NCBI GenBank assembly: GCA_036630325.1
Contig: CP142735.1
Coordinates: 186,001-250,000 of the forward strand
Direction: 5' to 3'
Origin: Vairimorpha necatrix
Lineage: Eukaryota
DNA: 64,000 nt
Shown here: one piece after another, positions 1 to 11,279 of the stretch
Position numbering within the stretch: position 1 is the first letter of the stretch
How the letters are laid out: the number at the start of each line of letters is the position of its first letter
Program-made: the position numbers and the translations under genes
Notes under the pieces: generated by a model
What the model was told of the DNA's origin: nothing
Database searches by the model: none
The model's input: only the letters and a program-made list of their open reading frames with translations

Positions 1-262
1 TCAATGTTTTTTACGCAAAAATTTTTGTCATTCCATGTTCCTTTAATTGATTGCCGATCTCCTTTTTTTTGCATGTTGCATATTTTAAGACAAGGATTCT
101 GACACAATTCAGTCCACTTGATATTTTTTTTACAGACTTTTTGAAATCATTATCATCTTTTTGATCAAAAAAAATATATTTTTCTACAAAAAAAACATCA
201 AGTTCTAAAGGAATTTTCATAAATAAAAATATGAATTATGTTATAATTTTTTTTTTTTATAG

Positions 263-1030
263 GAAGACCGTGGATCATTTAGCTACCAAGTGTGATCAAA
301 TGTTGGGTTTTGATTATATGAAAAGACACAACGATGTAGTTAGATTCATTCATCTCTTACTATGTATTAAATATGGGTTTAAGAAGACAAAGAAAATAAC
401 GGGGACACTCAGTACAAGAGATCATGGAAAATGATCGTGCAGAAATAAGAATATAACCAATGTAAAGGTGACCCATAATAAGCCAGATATTCTTGTGTTT
501 GACAAGAAGAAGAAAGAAATTTTAATAGTTGAAGTTGATATAACCAACCAGGATCGACTTACTATAGTCGAGAATGAGAAACTACGAAAGTATGACCTTC
601 TTGCAAATGAACTGGGACTAATACATAAATCTCGAACAAATATAGTTCCTTATGTATTGACATAGGATGAAGTGGTGACCAAATATCACAGAAAGTACAT
701 CGGGAAGCTGGAAATCCAACCCTACCTGGAAGAATACATCCAGTCTATTGTGATGAGAAGACTCTAGAGTCCATCTCTTTGGAACGACGACGAGGATACG
801 ATCAGGAGGATGCAGGAGAAGAAGAAGTGGCTAGAGCTGTATGCGCACTAGATAATATGGCGACTTATAAAGAAGTGGTGTCGGCAAAGTGAATGAAGCT
901 TAAAAGGGGAAGTTGAAAAGCATTAATACTTCCACAAAAACCAAAGTCTGTGAAGAGCAGAATTCGATGGCGATACGGGGGAAGCTGTGTTAAAACTAAA
1001 TATAATTAGTTATAAATTAGCCCAATAAAT
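263..1030 (+). mobile_element. 3' fragment of RLE-type (R2/R4-like) non-LTR retrotransposon, family 1
   Basis: TVDHLATKC..RHNDVV (CCHC/RHN motif) and HNKPDI..IVEV..EKLRKY (PD-D/ExK endonuclease), with frameshifts and stops. Homologous pieces lie at 25991-26280 and 54232-54801. Confidence 0.85.
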
Positions 1031-1059
1031 TATTTATTTTATATTTTTTTTTCTTGAAA

Positions 1060-3810
1060 ATGCAGAGGAATTCCAGGTAGTATAACAAACGGCATAATGA
1101 ACCGCCGTGTCCTTAGAAAGATTAACTATGCTCAAGGAGGATATTTGAATAAATACAATTTAATTAACAACAAAACTTTAGCACCAGGGAATGCATCATA
1201 GAATGCTATCTAAGGAATGACCAACTCCCGGGTAATACCTCAATGAACTCATTAGTACTAGAAAAAATTAATAGTATTTAGAAACAAAATGTTGATAAAG
1301 CGTATACCACATTTGATAAGACAATAGAGGGAACTACAATAGTAGTTGAAGAAAAAATTCTTAAATTAAGAAATGTAAAACGAGATTGCAATCTAAAGCA
1401 TCTTGAACCCTTTTGAAAGCTAGGAACTGCTAATAAATGGACTGATGAGCAGATGGAATATATCTACCATTCCTTGATAGAAGATCTTAAGGTGAAAGAT
1501 AAGCTAACCAAGAAAAGCTTCAAAAAACAAAAAAAAAAGAACTGCTGGAACTTAGATATTCAAAAAATGATGTAGCATAATTAACGGGGATGGAAACCAT
1601 AAAACAGGTCAATTATGAAAGTATTGTAGTATACTATGAAAAGATAGAGTAGATGAATGAAGTACACAGACTATCAATGAACGGCGCAACGGGCTGAGCC
1701 CGGACCTTTTTTTCTCTCTAAGGGTCCCCCTAGAGAGAAAGAAAAAAATAAAAGCTTTCTATTCTAAGAAAACTCCAATAATTTCAATAAAGAATTCTCT
1801 GCAACTCTTAATATTTTTATATATTTTGCACCTTCTTCTCCATTTAAATTCCTCCAAAAAATCTGGGATCGCACTTTCTTTGATCCCTTTTCAAGATATT
1901 ATATCACATTTTAGTTGTACCAGACACCCTCTATTAGATTTGTGGTCTCTCCTGCTTCGTTTTTACCCCCGTCATCGTGGACTACAACGCGATGATCACC
2001 GTTGATGGATTCTACTGCTGCGGGGGGGGGGGGTAGGATTTGTGCCTATCAATTATACATATAGCTTCGTTTTTTATGTATTTCTTCAAAAACTTGATCA
2101 TCATCTGGATAGTCCGGTTAAACACTATCTCGATTCTCAATTCTAACGTTCGCTCATCTATTGTACCAACCAACCATGCACAGTTTTGACTGTGTCATAT
2201 CTTTCTGATAGTGATTTGACAAATTTTCCTTTTACTATAACCGTTTCATCGGCCCGAGTCGTTTCTTCAACCCCTACTATTTTTTTTTGTGTTTGATATT
2301 TTCCTTTTTCAGTGCTTCGTATATTTTTCTTAGCCCTGAAGACACTGGAAGCTGACACACGATATTTTTTGTTTAAGTTTAGTGTAAACTGCTTTTCGGC
2401 GAATGAATGTAGAATATACAAGTAATTATGTATATATTCAGGGACTAGAAAATGAAGTTTTATCAAAAAACTCCATTGATGCTCCACATCCCCCTTTCCC
2501 CCACACTTAAACCGGTGGCAGTCTATGTACGAATCATTCGGAGTTACAACCATTATCCCAAGACAATCTGTACATTCTAGGGCTGTTTTTAGAGATTTTC
2601 ATTCACTAGCCAACTTATTGCCTCATGTGGTCTTGGAATATTTTTGATCTACTGTCAAGCGGCTCCAGACATATCATAAGGGTAAAATATTTTTGAAAAA
2701 ATCATCTAAAAAACAAACAAGTTTATAGCTCAAGAAATTTTATTACAAATGAAATTAAAACAAATCTATGAAATTTCGAGTCTTGGGGATATGATTCGTA
2801 AAAAAACATTTCCTCACTTTACGGCCTGTGCCCGGATTCGTACGTAAAAAAATAAGAAAGATCCGAGCTCAGACCGTTGCACCCGATGAACCCATAAAAA
2901 AAGGAATCTGATGTTGGATTGAAACAGACTTTTGAAAGAGGATTAGGCAGATATACTGCAATTAACGTATTAAATCAAGAATGAAAAAAAACAGCGAAAT
3001 AGACGAGGTATTAAAATACTTAAAGATCTGGAAGAAATGATTACGTTACAAGCGACACTGAAAGGGACCCAAATATCTCAATTTCAATCTAAGAAAGAGG
3101 ATTAGGAAAGACCAGAAGACATAGGAAGAACGCTAAAAAAGTAACCTGTGTTTTGTTAATCAAAAGAGATCCCATAACACACGAGAATGCTATCATAAAA
3201 GAAATGGATCAACACAAAGGCAATCAAGGGAGAAAGTTCTATATCATAAGCGAGACGAAGCAAACTGGACCAAGAAGTTTGCAACTAAGGGTCAAGATAA
3301 GGAATTATATAGAAATATTTATGCTGGGCCGTGGGTCCGATAAAACTTTATTTAAAAGACGTGGCGATAAGATACCAATGATAGACGAGGAGACAACCCC
3401 AATAAAAATCCCATTTGGAAATGGAAGAGAAGAGACGTCCTCACACATCGCGAGAGAACGGTAACTATAGGAGAAGACGATCATTGAGCGATTTTTATAT
3501 TCTAAAGAGTCTACTCGTAAACTTTTTATCGGGTCTGAAATTTTTCGATAACAACAACTGTATGAATAATTTTGGTAAAGATCTCTTACAGTTAATAATA
3601 TAATAGGTAAGCTATAGGCTGTAAGAAAAGTAATGATGAAATTTTAGATGACCGACTTAGTGAAAAGATATGCTTCCTTGTGAAGGCTAAAGAAAACTTA
3701 AATAAAAAGATTAAGGAGAATATGCTTTTAAACTTCAGTTTTAAAAACATGCAGTCCGAAACAGCAACATTTGTAATGAAACATGAGCTGGTCACGAGGG
3801 ATGAACCCTC
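1060..3810 (+). pseudogene. Highly decayed gypsy gag/protease remnant, interrupted by a Merlin element
   Basis: Fragmentary translations resemble the gag/PR of the element at 35051-36300 (W..EQ...IYHSLI.D...KDKLT; IPFGNG.EETS; DFYIL). Boundaries approximate. Confidence 0.5.
1683..2883 (-). mobile_element. Merlin (IS1016/ISXO2-like) DNA transposon, degenerate
   Basis: TIR ggcgcaacgggctgagcccgga / tccgagctcagaccgttgcacc. 8-bp TSD caatgaac/cgatgaac (7/8). Transposase fragment with ADETVIVKG (ORF 2158-2553). Confidence 0.85.
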
Positions 3811-4548
3811 GTTGAAAGTAGGCCTCTAGTAAGCTACTTGTAAAAGGCTCCTTGGCCTTGTTTGTTTACAACTAAATAGTTTATTTTTTATGTTCTTTGT
3901 ATGCATCTCCTTTTTCCTTTTTTTTGTTGGGGTAGAAAAATAATATTTTTTAAAAATATTTAAGAAATTCCATTTTAGGAAAAATGGAATTTTACATGTG
4001 GTTGTAATACTGTAATACCATAAAACAAAACATGAAGGGGATACAGTCGAAAGAGTTGGAGTTCTGTGGTATTAACCACATGAGATTATTGACATCTCAA
4101 CGAATTTTCTAGAAATTATTTTTGTATAAATAAAAATAATTCGTTTAGGGGCAAGTATTTTCAAGAAGAATGAACAACAACAAAAACAACAATAAATATG
4201 TTAGCAACTACAAAACTTATATTAAACAAAATTATAAAGCTATAACAAATATAGTAGAGAGTTTTCTCAGTACGGGGAAGGTCCCACTGAGAAATACCAC
4301 AAGTTCCTATTATGCGGTAAACCCACGCTGCCCATTAGAATTCCCAACCCCGAAGATTTTTGACATGTGTTTTGAATAAATTAAATGTTTGATACTTTTT
4401 GGTGTACAAACATTTATGGTGCAAATATGTGTAAGACACATATTTCCACAATTTCATTTTGTCTTTTTATTTCCCTCCAAAATGAAAATTTGCTTATTTA
4501 ATATTTGCTAAAAATTATTTAAGCAAATTGACCCAAGAAGGGGAAAAT

Positions 4549-7522
4549 GAGTAATAAACGATTAACTAATTGTCGTAGCCCATCAAGTCCAGCCAATCAT
4601 CTTTCGACAAATGGACGTATTTGATTGGCTACTTAAACTATTTAAAATCATTTTTAAAAGAGGGGATGGAAAACTCAAATAAAGTAATTGACATGGCGAC
4701 AACTGCGAACAATGCAAACCATTTGTCCGGGGAGCAAGGTAAAGATGTAAACACATGGGTACGAGATATAATGATGTTGGGAGAAGTCTCTGAGTGGACA
4801 TAACAACAAATGAAAAAAGCGATTATTTTTAAAATTAAAGGGAATGCTTTATCCCGGGCATTCCAAGTCTTAGCAGGAAAGATGAACTTTATAACCCTAG
4901 CAGACTTTATAAAAATGTTGAAAGCCAGATTTGGAGCGAATAAAGATAGTGACATAACATTTAGCCGATTTCTCTCTCTCCCATACCAGAAACAAGGGAA
5001 GACTTTTCTAAAATGTTAACACAAGCCGTGATCATCTCTGAAAGAAAACAAATTTATTTGAGTGCATTATTTCAAATGATTTTTAACAAATCCCCATCCG
5101 AAATAAAATCATTATTATTCCAAGCTTCTAAATCGGCCGAGACGTGGGAAGTCTTTGTTCAAATGGCCGAAGAAATGGCTTGGATTCCATATCTAGATAA
5201 GATGTTGTCTAGAGTAGAAGAATACGGACGTAAACCATCATTTAATTACAATTATGGCAGAGGCCCAATTAACAACAAAAAACATGGTAGAGAGACGCCA
5301 TATAACAGAAAACATGACAAGGAGTCATTTAGCAGAGACAGACAGGAAATTCTCATTTAAACAGGAAATACTGCATCGTGCATGGAGAAGGATTCCACGC
5401 AACAAAAGAGTGCAAAAAATTATCTAAATTTATTGAAGAAGAAAAAAGGAAATCATCTGGTAGCATCAACATAGTCGATGAAGAAGAAAATAAACATAAT
5501 AACAAAATAAACGACGATATTTTTTATTCCTTATGTGAGTTATAAATAGCGATAATCCCCTTTTCGTAGAAGGTTATATCTTCGATAACAAGAAAAGTGT
5601 TTTATTGGATACTGGAGCAGATGTTTCACTCATCGAACAATCAGATATACCAATTGATCTGCATAAACATATTAATACATATTCAGGAATTGTTAAAGGA
5701 GCAGGTAATAATACATTAAAAATTATCGGACAGTTAAAGGACGTTACTATAAAAATAAAAAACAAAACTATAACATTCTCACCACTAATTATGCAAGATA
5801 CAAGATACATAATTCTAGGATCTGAAGTAATAAAAAGAAATTTAAGCTTAGTCACTGAGATATTTACAGAAATATCACCAGATATCAACAAAAAAGTTAG
5901 ATACTGCAACGAACTAAATAAAACAAAAATCGAGGAACTATATAAAGATTTATTCAAGACCGAAATAGGAGAATTTAATTTATGTACAGCAGGGAAGCAT
6001 AGCATACAAGTTAATAGCGATAAAATAATCTGTCAAAGAAATGGTAGAATACCAATTATGCAAGAGGTAATAATTGAAAAAGAAATTCAAAAATTACTAG
6101 AGCCGGGCATAATTAGAGATAGTAAAGGCCCTTGGTGCAGTAGGATAGTCATGGTTCCGAAACCAGATATAACCTGGAGAATGTGTATAGACTAATGAGG
6201 TTTGAACTCTATTACAATAAAAGATTCCTATATGTCATCCAGAATCGACAAAATTTTAGATAGTTGTTTCAAAGCTTCATTCTTTTCAATCCTGGAAGCC
6301 ACAAGTGGATTTCAACAACTCCCCATGGAGGAAAAAGTCAAAGAGAAAACAGCTTTCTCTTTTAAAGGTTGTTTATATGAGTACAATAGAATGCCGTTTA
6401 AGCTGTGCAATGCACCGGCAACATTTCAACGTGCGATGGATAATATTTTTAGATGCGAAAATAGAAAATTTATCGTACCATACCTAGATGACATAATCAT
6501 TTATTCTAAAACAAAAGATGAGCATGATAAACATCTACAAATAGCATTGAGTAAAATTAGGGCTGCCGGATTATCATTAAACCTAAAAAAACGTAGATTT
6601 TATAAAAATGAAATTAAAATACTCGGAAATATCATAGGAAGTGGATACATAAAAGTTGATCCAGAACGAATCAGTCAAATAAAGTCCTATTCAATACCTA
6701 CCACTATAAAAGAGCTTAGAGGCCTTCTGGGGACTATTAATTATTGCAGAGATTTTATAACAAATATAGCAACCCTCACTGGACCACTTATGATATACTG
6801 AAGGGAGAAAAACAAAGCTCAAATAAAAAGATATATCTTAACAGTGAGCAAATAGAAGCTTTTAACATTACAAAATTGGAAATGGGGTAAAGTACTATCA
6901 GGACTCAGCCCGATGTTCGGAAGGAATTTATACTCATATCGGATGCGGCAGATTCAGGAATAGGAGCCGTTCTATTACAGGATAACGGACAAGGTGAAGA
7001 AAAAATGATTGCGGCTTAAAATAAAAGACTAGACAAATGTCAGAAAAACTACTTAGTAACAGATAAAGAATTACTTGGATTAATAAAAAGAATAGGTCAC
7101 TTTAGACATTATTTATTAGGGAAAAAATTTACCCCTAGAACAGACCACTAAGCACTCGTCTACCTAATGCAAACAAAAGACCTGTCAAGCCGACTCTTAA
7201 GATGGTCATTAAAACTTTCCGATTATGATTTTAAAATGGAACATGTAAAAGGAGATCATAATATAGCGGATGAATTCAGCAGATTTTTTCAACAAGAACA
7301 AATAAACAACATAAATACACAAAAACTTAGTGAGGAAGATAAGAAACAGATTTTGACAGAATATCATATGATCTCTGGCCATGGCACTGCGAATACTATA
7401 AAATTTATGATTTCGCAAAATTACGCATGGAAAAATATGCATAAAGAGATTGAAATATTTTGCGCCCAATGTACAATATGCCGTATGTCGAGGGGAACAA
7501 GAATTAAAACTAAAAATAAAGT
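4549..7522 (+). mobile_element. Degenerate Ty3/gypsy LTR retrotransposon (gag-PR-RT-RNaseH-IN start)
   Basis: LDTGAD protease, WRMCID and YLDD RT, RNase H remnant, integrase H-H-C-C finger (YHMISGHG..CTIC). Cut at 7522 by another LTR element. Many stops and frameshifts. Confidence 0.9.
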
Positions 7523-7733
7523 TGTTACCGGATATATCAGATCCTCTTGTTATAAGGCTGAAGTGCCTTCCCTAACATTATTGTTTGTTTGTTTGTTTAC
7601 TGTCATCGCTTGTCATGTAAACAAACAAACAAAGAAAAGTATTTAAGGAAGACCCCTGAACTACAGAGGCCAAATAAACAAGTTACTTCTAAAAGCAAGT
7701 CTTCTCCCACCACCAGCTCCTTCGCTGGTAACA
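7523..7733 (+). repeat. 5' LTR
   Basis: TG..CA termini with a 7-bp inverted repeat, AATAAA signal, PBS immediately downstream. Confidence 0.85.
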
Positions 7734-8710
7734 TTGGCGACAACGGGATCAAAACCAACACACTAGAAGCGATGATGGAAAAACTTGGAGTTACAACTAG
7801 CAGAATGTTGTATTTTCAAGGAGAAATTGGGAAGGATGCCTTGATATGGCTAACCCAATTCAGTTACCTTGAAGGAGAGTGGAAGGATCAGAAGCTGATG
7901 AAGTACACGAAGAAGTACTTAAGAGATTCGGCTCTACTATGGTACGAGGCCATGATTGAAGATGAGGTAGAAACCTACACAGACTTTAAACAGAAATTCC
8001 TTAACAAGTATGGGAATGAAGAGCTCAGAGAAGGGAGCAACTCTGTAAAAACGTTTTATAAGAAACTGTACACTGGACCGAAGTCGCAGAACTTAGAAGA
8101 CTTTGTTTACGAATTAATCAAGCTAAACAAAAAGGCTAAAATTGACGTTACTGAGATAATTGGAGAATTATCTAGGTACTTCCCACTATCATTAAAAGAA
8201 AGAGTGGAGGAAGCCACATCGTGGAATGATCTATTAAAGATCTACAGCAACAACATAAAACTAATCGAGACAGTAAGAACAAGAAACGAAAACTCAAAGC
8301 AAAAGGAGAGGAGTTCCGAGTCTGATATGAAAAATAAAACTAATAACACTAAGAGAAAGTTAGAATGTTACAAGTGTGGTGGTGAGCACCTATTTAGAGA
8401 CTGCAAACACGAAGGAAAGAAAGTGTTATCTATGAATGCAGTTCCGTCGTCCGAGGATAATAACTTTAATATAGTAGTAGGCTTATTCCGAGGAGAGAGA
8501 GTGAAGATACTGTTTGATTCGGGAGCATCAAATTCATTCATTAATCATGATCTTGTCGGAAGAGAAAAGCTCATACCCGTTCAAGGAGTGAACCTAAGAG
8601 CTGCCTTTGCTAGCACTGAGATCAGAAACTCAGTGGAGACTAAAATAAAAATTAATGATGATGACTACAGAACAGCGTTATTTGTAGTGAAGACCTTGAA
8701 GGTGATATAA
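7589..8710 (+). CDS. gag: Gag-protease (frameshifted from pol)
   Basis: CCHC knuckle and DSG aspartic protease. A 1-nt frameshift breaks LKV-DIILGRDF. The true start is probably downstream, near 7771. Confidence 0.8.
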   Translation: MFVYCHRLSCKQTNKEKYLRKTPELQRPNKQVTSKSKSSPTTSSFAGNIGDNGIKTNTLEAMMEKLGVTTSRMLYFQGEIGKDALIWLTQFSYLEGEWKDQKLMKYTKKYLRDSALLWYEAMIEDEVETYTDFKQKFLNKYGNEELREGSNSVKTFYKKLYTGPKSQNLEDFVYELIKLNKKAKIDVTEIIGELSRYFPLSLKERVEEATSWNDLLKIYSNNIKLIETVRTRNENSKQKERSSESDMKNKTNNTKRKLECYKCGGEHLFRDCKHEGKKVLSMNAVPSSEDNNFNIVVGLFRGERVKILFDSGASNSFINHDLVGREKLIPVQGVNLRAAFASTEIRNSVETKIKINDDDYRTALFVVKTLKVI

Positions 8711-8727
8711 TATTAGGGAGAGACTTT

Positions 8728-10458
8728 ATGAGGAAACATAATGTTCAAATAGACTATGGAAGTCAGTTAGTTAAAATCGATAATAAAACTATTACGTGCT
8801 ATAAACCTTTTAATTTAGAAAAGACACCGTCAAAGTTATCAAAACCTGATCTATCTTCGAATTATAATGTTCATAAATTGATTAATGACTACAAAAGGAA
8901 GCTGGAAACCGCAAAAGGAAAGAAAAAGTTAGTGACACATAAAATCGAACTGAGTGAACGGAAGGTAATATGCAAGCGAAACTACCCACTGAGCCTCGAT
9001 AAAAGAAAGTTTATCCAAGAGGAGGTGGAGAGGTTACTAAAGTCGAACGTGATAGAAGAAAGCACAAGCGTTTGGAATGCCCCAACGGTTGTCGCTCCGA
9101 AAAGAAATGGTGAATATAGGCTATGTATAGACTTTAGAGAGCTTAATGATATTACAGTGAAAGAGGTATGTCAGCCACCGCTGATTGAAAAATGCTTAAC
9201 ATATCTAAGCGGTGCAAGAATATTCTCTCAACTAGACCTAGAGAAGGGATACTACCAGATACCAATGGAAGAGACATCTAAGAAGTACACATCGTTTATG
9301 ACACCGTCAGGCAAATTCCAATTTAAGAGAATGCCGTTTGGTCTCACTAATGCTCCAGCTACCTTTCAGAGCCTAATGTACAAGATATTCAGGAAACAGC
9401 TAAATAGAACCACAGTCGTTTATTTAGACGACATATTTTTATACTCAAAGACTATCGAGGAGCATTATGGGCACTTAAAAGAAGTATTAGAAATTCTAGC
9501 AGAGAACGGGCTTAAGGTAAACTTTGATAAAAGCAACTTTATGACAAAGGATATCAATATTTTGGGATACAGTATAAAATCCTGGAAGCTCACTCCAGAT
9601 AAATCTCGTATGGGACCTTTAGAAAAAGAATTTGAAATCAAGAATGTAAAACAATTACACTCTATAATCGGACTTCTGGGATTCTATCGGATGTTTATAA
9701 ACAACTTTAGTAAAAAGGCGCTAGAAATACATCGAACAATCAACGAAAAGCTTCAAATTACAGAGAAAATGCGGAATGACGTCGAATCATTGAGGAAAGA
9801 ACTTATTTCCACGCCATGGCTGGCACTCCCAGACTTAACGCTGACGTTTATCATTGAAGCAGATGCATCAGAAGAATGTATAGGAGGTGCTTCGAAACAG
9901 GTACAAGACGGAGAAGAAGTAACGATTCGTTGTGCTAGCCGAAAGCTTAATAAGCATGAAAAGAACTACACAGCGCTGGTGAAAGAAGCCCTAGCTATAA
10001 TATTCTGCGCAAAAACCTTTAAAATGTATCTGCACGACGAGGTCCTGATAAGAAGCGACCACAAACCTCTACAGTGGCTGTATAAAGTTAAGAACCCCCA
10101 GGGACGAATTGCTCGATGGCTTATGTTCTTAAGCGATTTAAGATTCAAAATAGAATATAGGGAGGGAAAATCTCATACCCTTCCAGACTGCTTGTCAAGG
10201 GTTTACGCGTCGAGTATGGATATCGTAAGTTCCGATACGAAATTAACAAAAGACGATATGATTAGAGAAAATCATCATTACATAGGACACGGAGGTACGG
10301 AGGCCACAATGCTCTTCTTAAAATCGCAGAACCTGGCTAATGATATCAGCCCCAAAGATATCAGGAGAGTAATAAAAGGTTGTCAGACGTGTATAGAGCA
10401 CAAGAAACCTAGGAAAAAGTTTGTAACCTTCCCCCGCAAAACTCGAGTCGGCCTTTAA
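8728..10458 (+). CDS. pol: Pol: reverse transcriptase, RNase H, integrase zinc finger
   Basis: RLCIDFRELN, MPFGLTNAPATFQ, YLDD, EADAS, HH..CC. Confidence 0.9.
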   Translation: MRKHNVQIDYGSQLVKIDNKTITCYKPFNLEKTPSKLSKPDLSSNYNVHKLINDYKRKLETAKGKKKLVTHKIELSERKVICKRNYPLSLDKRKFIQEEVERLLKSNVIEESTSVWNAPTVVAPKRNGEYRLCIDFRELNDITVKEVCQPPLIEKCLTYLSGARIFSQLDLEKGYYQIPMEETSKKYTSFMTPSGKFQFKRMPFGLTNAPATFQSLMYKIFRKQLNRTTVVYLDDIFLYSKTIEEHYGHLKEVLEILAENGLKVNFDKSNFMTKDINILGYSIKSWKLTPDKSRMGPLEKEFEIKNVKQLHSIIGLLGFYRMFINNFSKKALEIHRTINEKLQITEKMRNDVESLRKELISTPWLALPDLTLTFIIEADASEECIGGASKQVQDGEEVTIRCASRKLNKHEKNYTALVKEALAIIFCAKTFKMYLHDEVLIRSDHKPLQWLYKVKNPQGRIARWLMFLSDLRFKIEYREGKSHTLPDCLSRVYASSMDIVSSDTKLTKDDMIRENHHYIGHGGTEATMLFLKSQNLANDISPKDIRRVIKGCQTCIEHKKPRKKFVTFPRKTRVGL

Positions 10459-10459
10459 A

Positions 10460-11279
10460 ATGATTGGAATCGATTGTATAGGGCCCCTACCCAAATGTTC
10501 CTCCGGAAAAAGGTTTATCATCGTAGCAACGGACTACATGACTAAATGGGTAGAAGCCAAGGCGGTAAAACATAAGTCTGCGTTTGAAATAGCAAAATTT
10601 ATTATTGAGGATATTTTCAGCCGGCATGGAACGGTAGACGTAATAAGAAGTGACCAAGGGCTAGAGTTCACAAATCAGATTGTTAGGAAGATCTCGGAAC
10701 TCTTCAACGCTCGTTTTAGATATTCCAGTCCGTATCACCCTCAATCCAATGGACTTGTAGAGAGGACCAATCAAAGCCTGATTGTAAAACTTGCAAAGGC
10801 GGTAACAGATTATCAAAATCAGTGGGATAGAATACTACCACTGATCCTTATGCAGTATAGGCTGTCCCCAATCGGTAAACTAAAGATGTCCCCCTTTGAA
10901 ATGCTTTATGGGAGGAAAGGCGCATTGCCTAAGATAATCAAAGAACCTCCGAGTGACTTTGAAATGCTATTTATAGATCCAGCAGAATACCTTAATGAGC
11001 GTACTACAATAACTAATGAGATTAGAGAAGTTATATGTGATATTAATAATAGTAAGATTAAGAAGCATAAAGGACAGATGAAAGGGAAACTGATTGCTGA
11101 CGACGTAAAAGAAGGGTCTCTTGTCTTTATCAAAAACAGGAACATGTCTAGTAAACTAGACAAGAAATATATAGGACCGTATATCGTTACAAAGAACAAG
11201 ACTAAAGGCGCTTATAAAGTAAAAAGCCTAGAGAATGGAATAGAACATCTTATAAATCGATGTGACTTCGTAGTGTATG
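10460..11279 (+). CDS. Integrase core (3' truncated by Ginger2 insertion)
   Basis: GIDCIGPLP, SDQGLEF, PYHPQSNGLVER, GPY motif. The ORF tail beyond 11279 is TIR read-through. Confidence 0.85.

Larger units (their letters stand above)
7523..11279 (+). mobile_element. Ty3/gypsy LTR retrotransposon, 5' LTR present, 3' end lost
   Basis: 211-bp LTR tgttacc..ggtaaca, then PBS-like tggcgacaacgg. Gag CYKCGGEHLFRDC knuckle, FDSGAS protease, YLDD RT, RNase H, DDE integrase (SDQGLEF, SNGLVER). Two frameshifts. Confidence 0.95.

Noticed and set aside
1-230. Possible IS630/Tc1 transposase N-terminal remnant on the minus strand
   Set aside because: Only a short QNPCL resemblance to the 39614 ORF. Insufficient support.
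8700-8730. Programmed gag-pol frameshift
   Set aside because: The shift falls inside the protease domain with no slippery heptamer. More likely a mutation or sequencing error.
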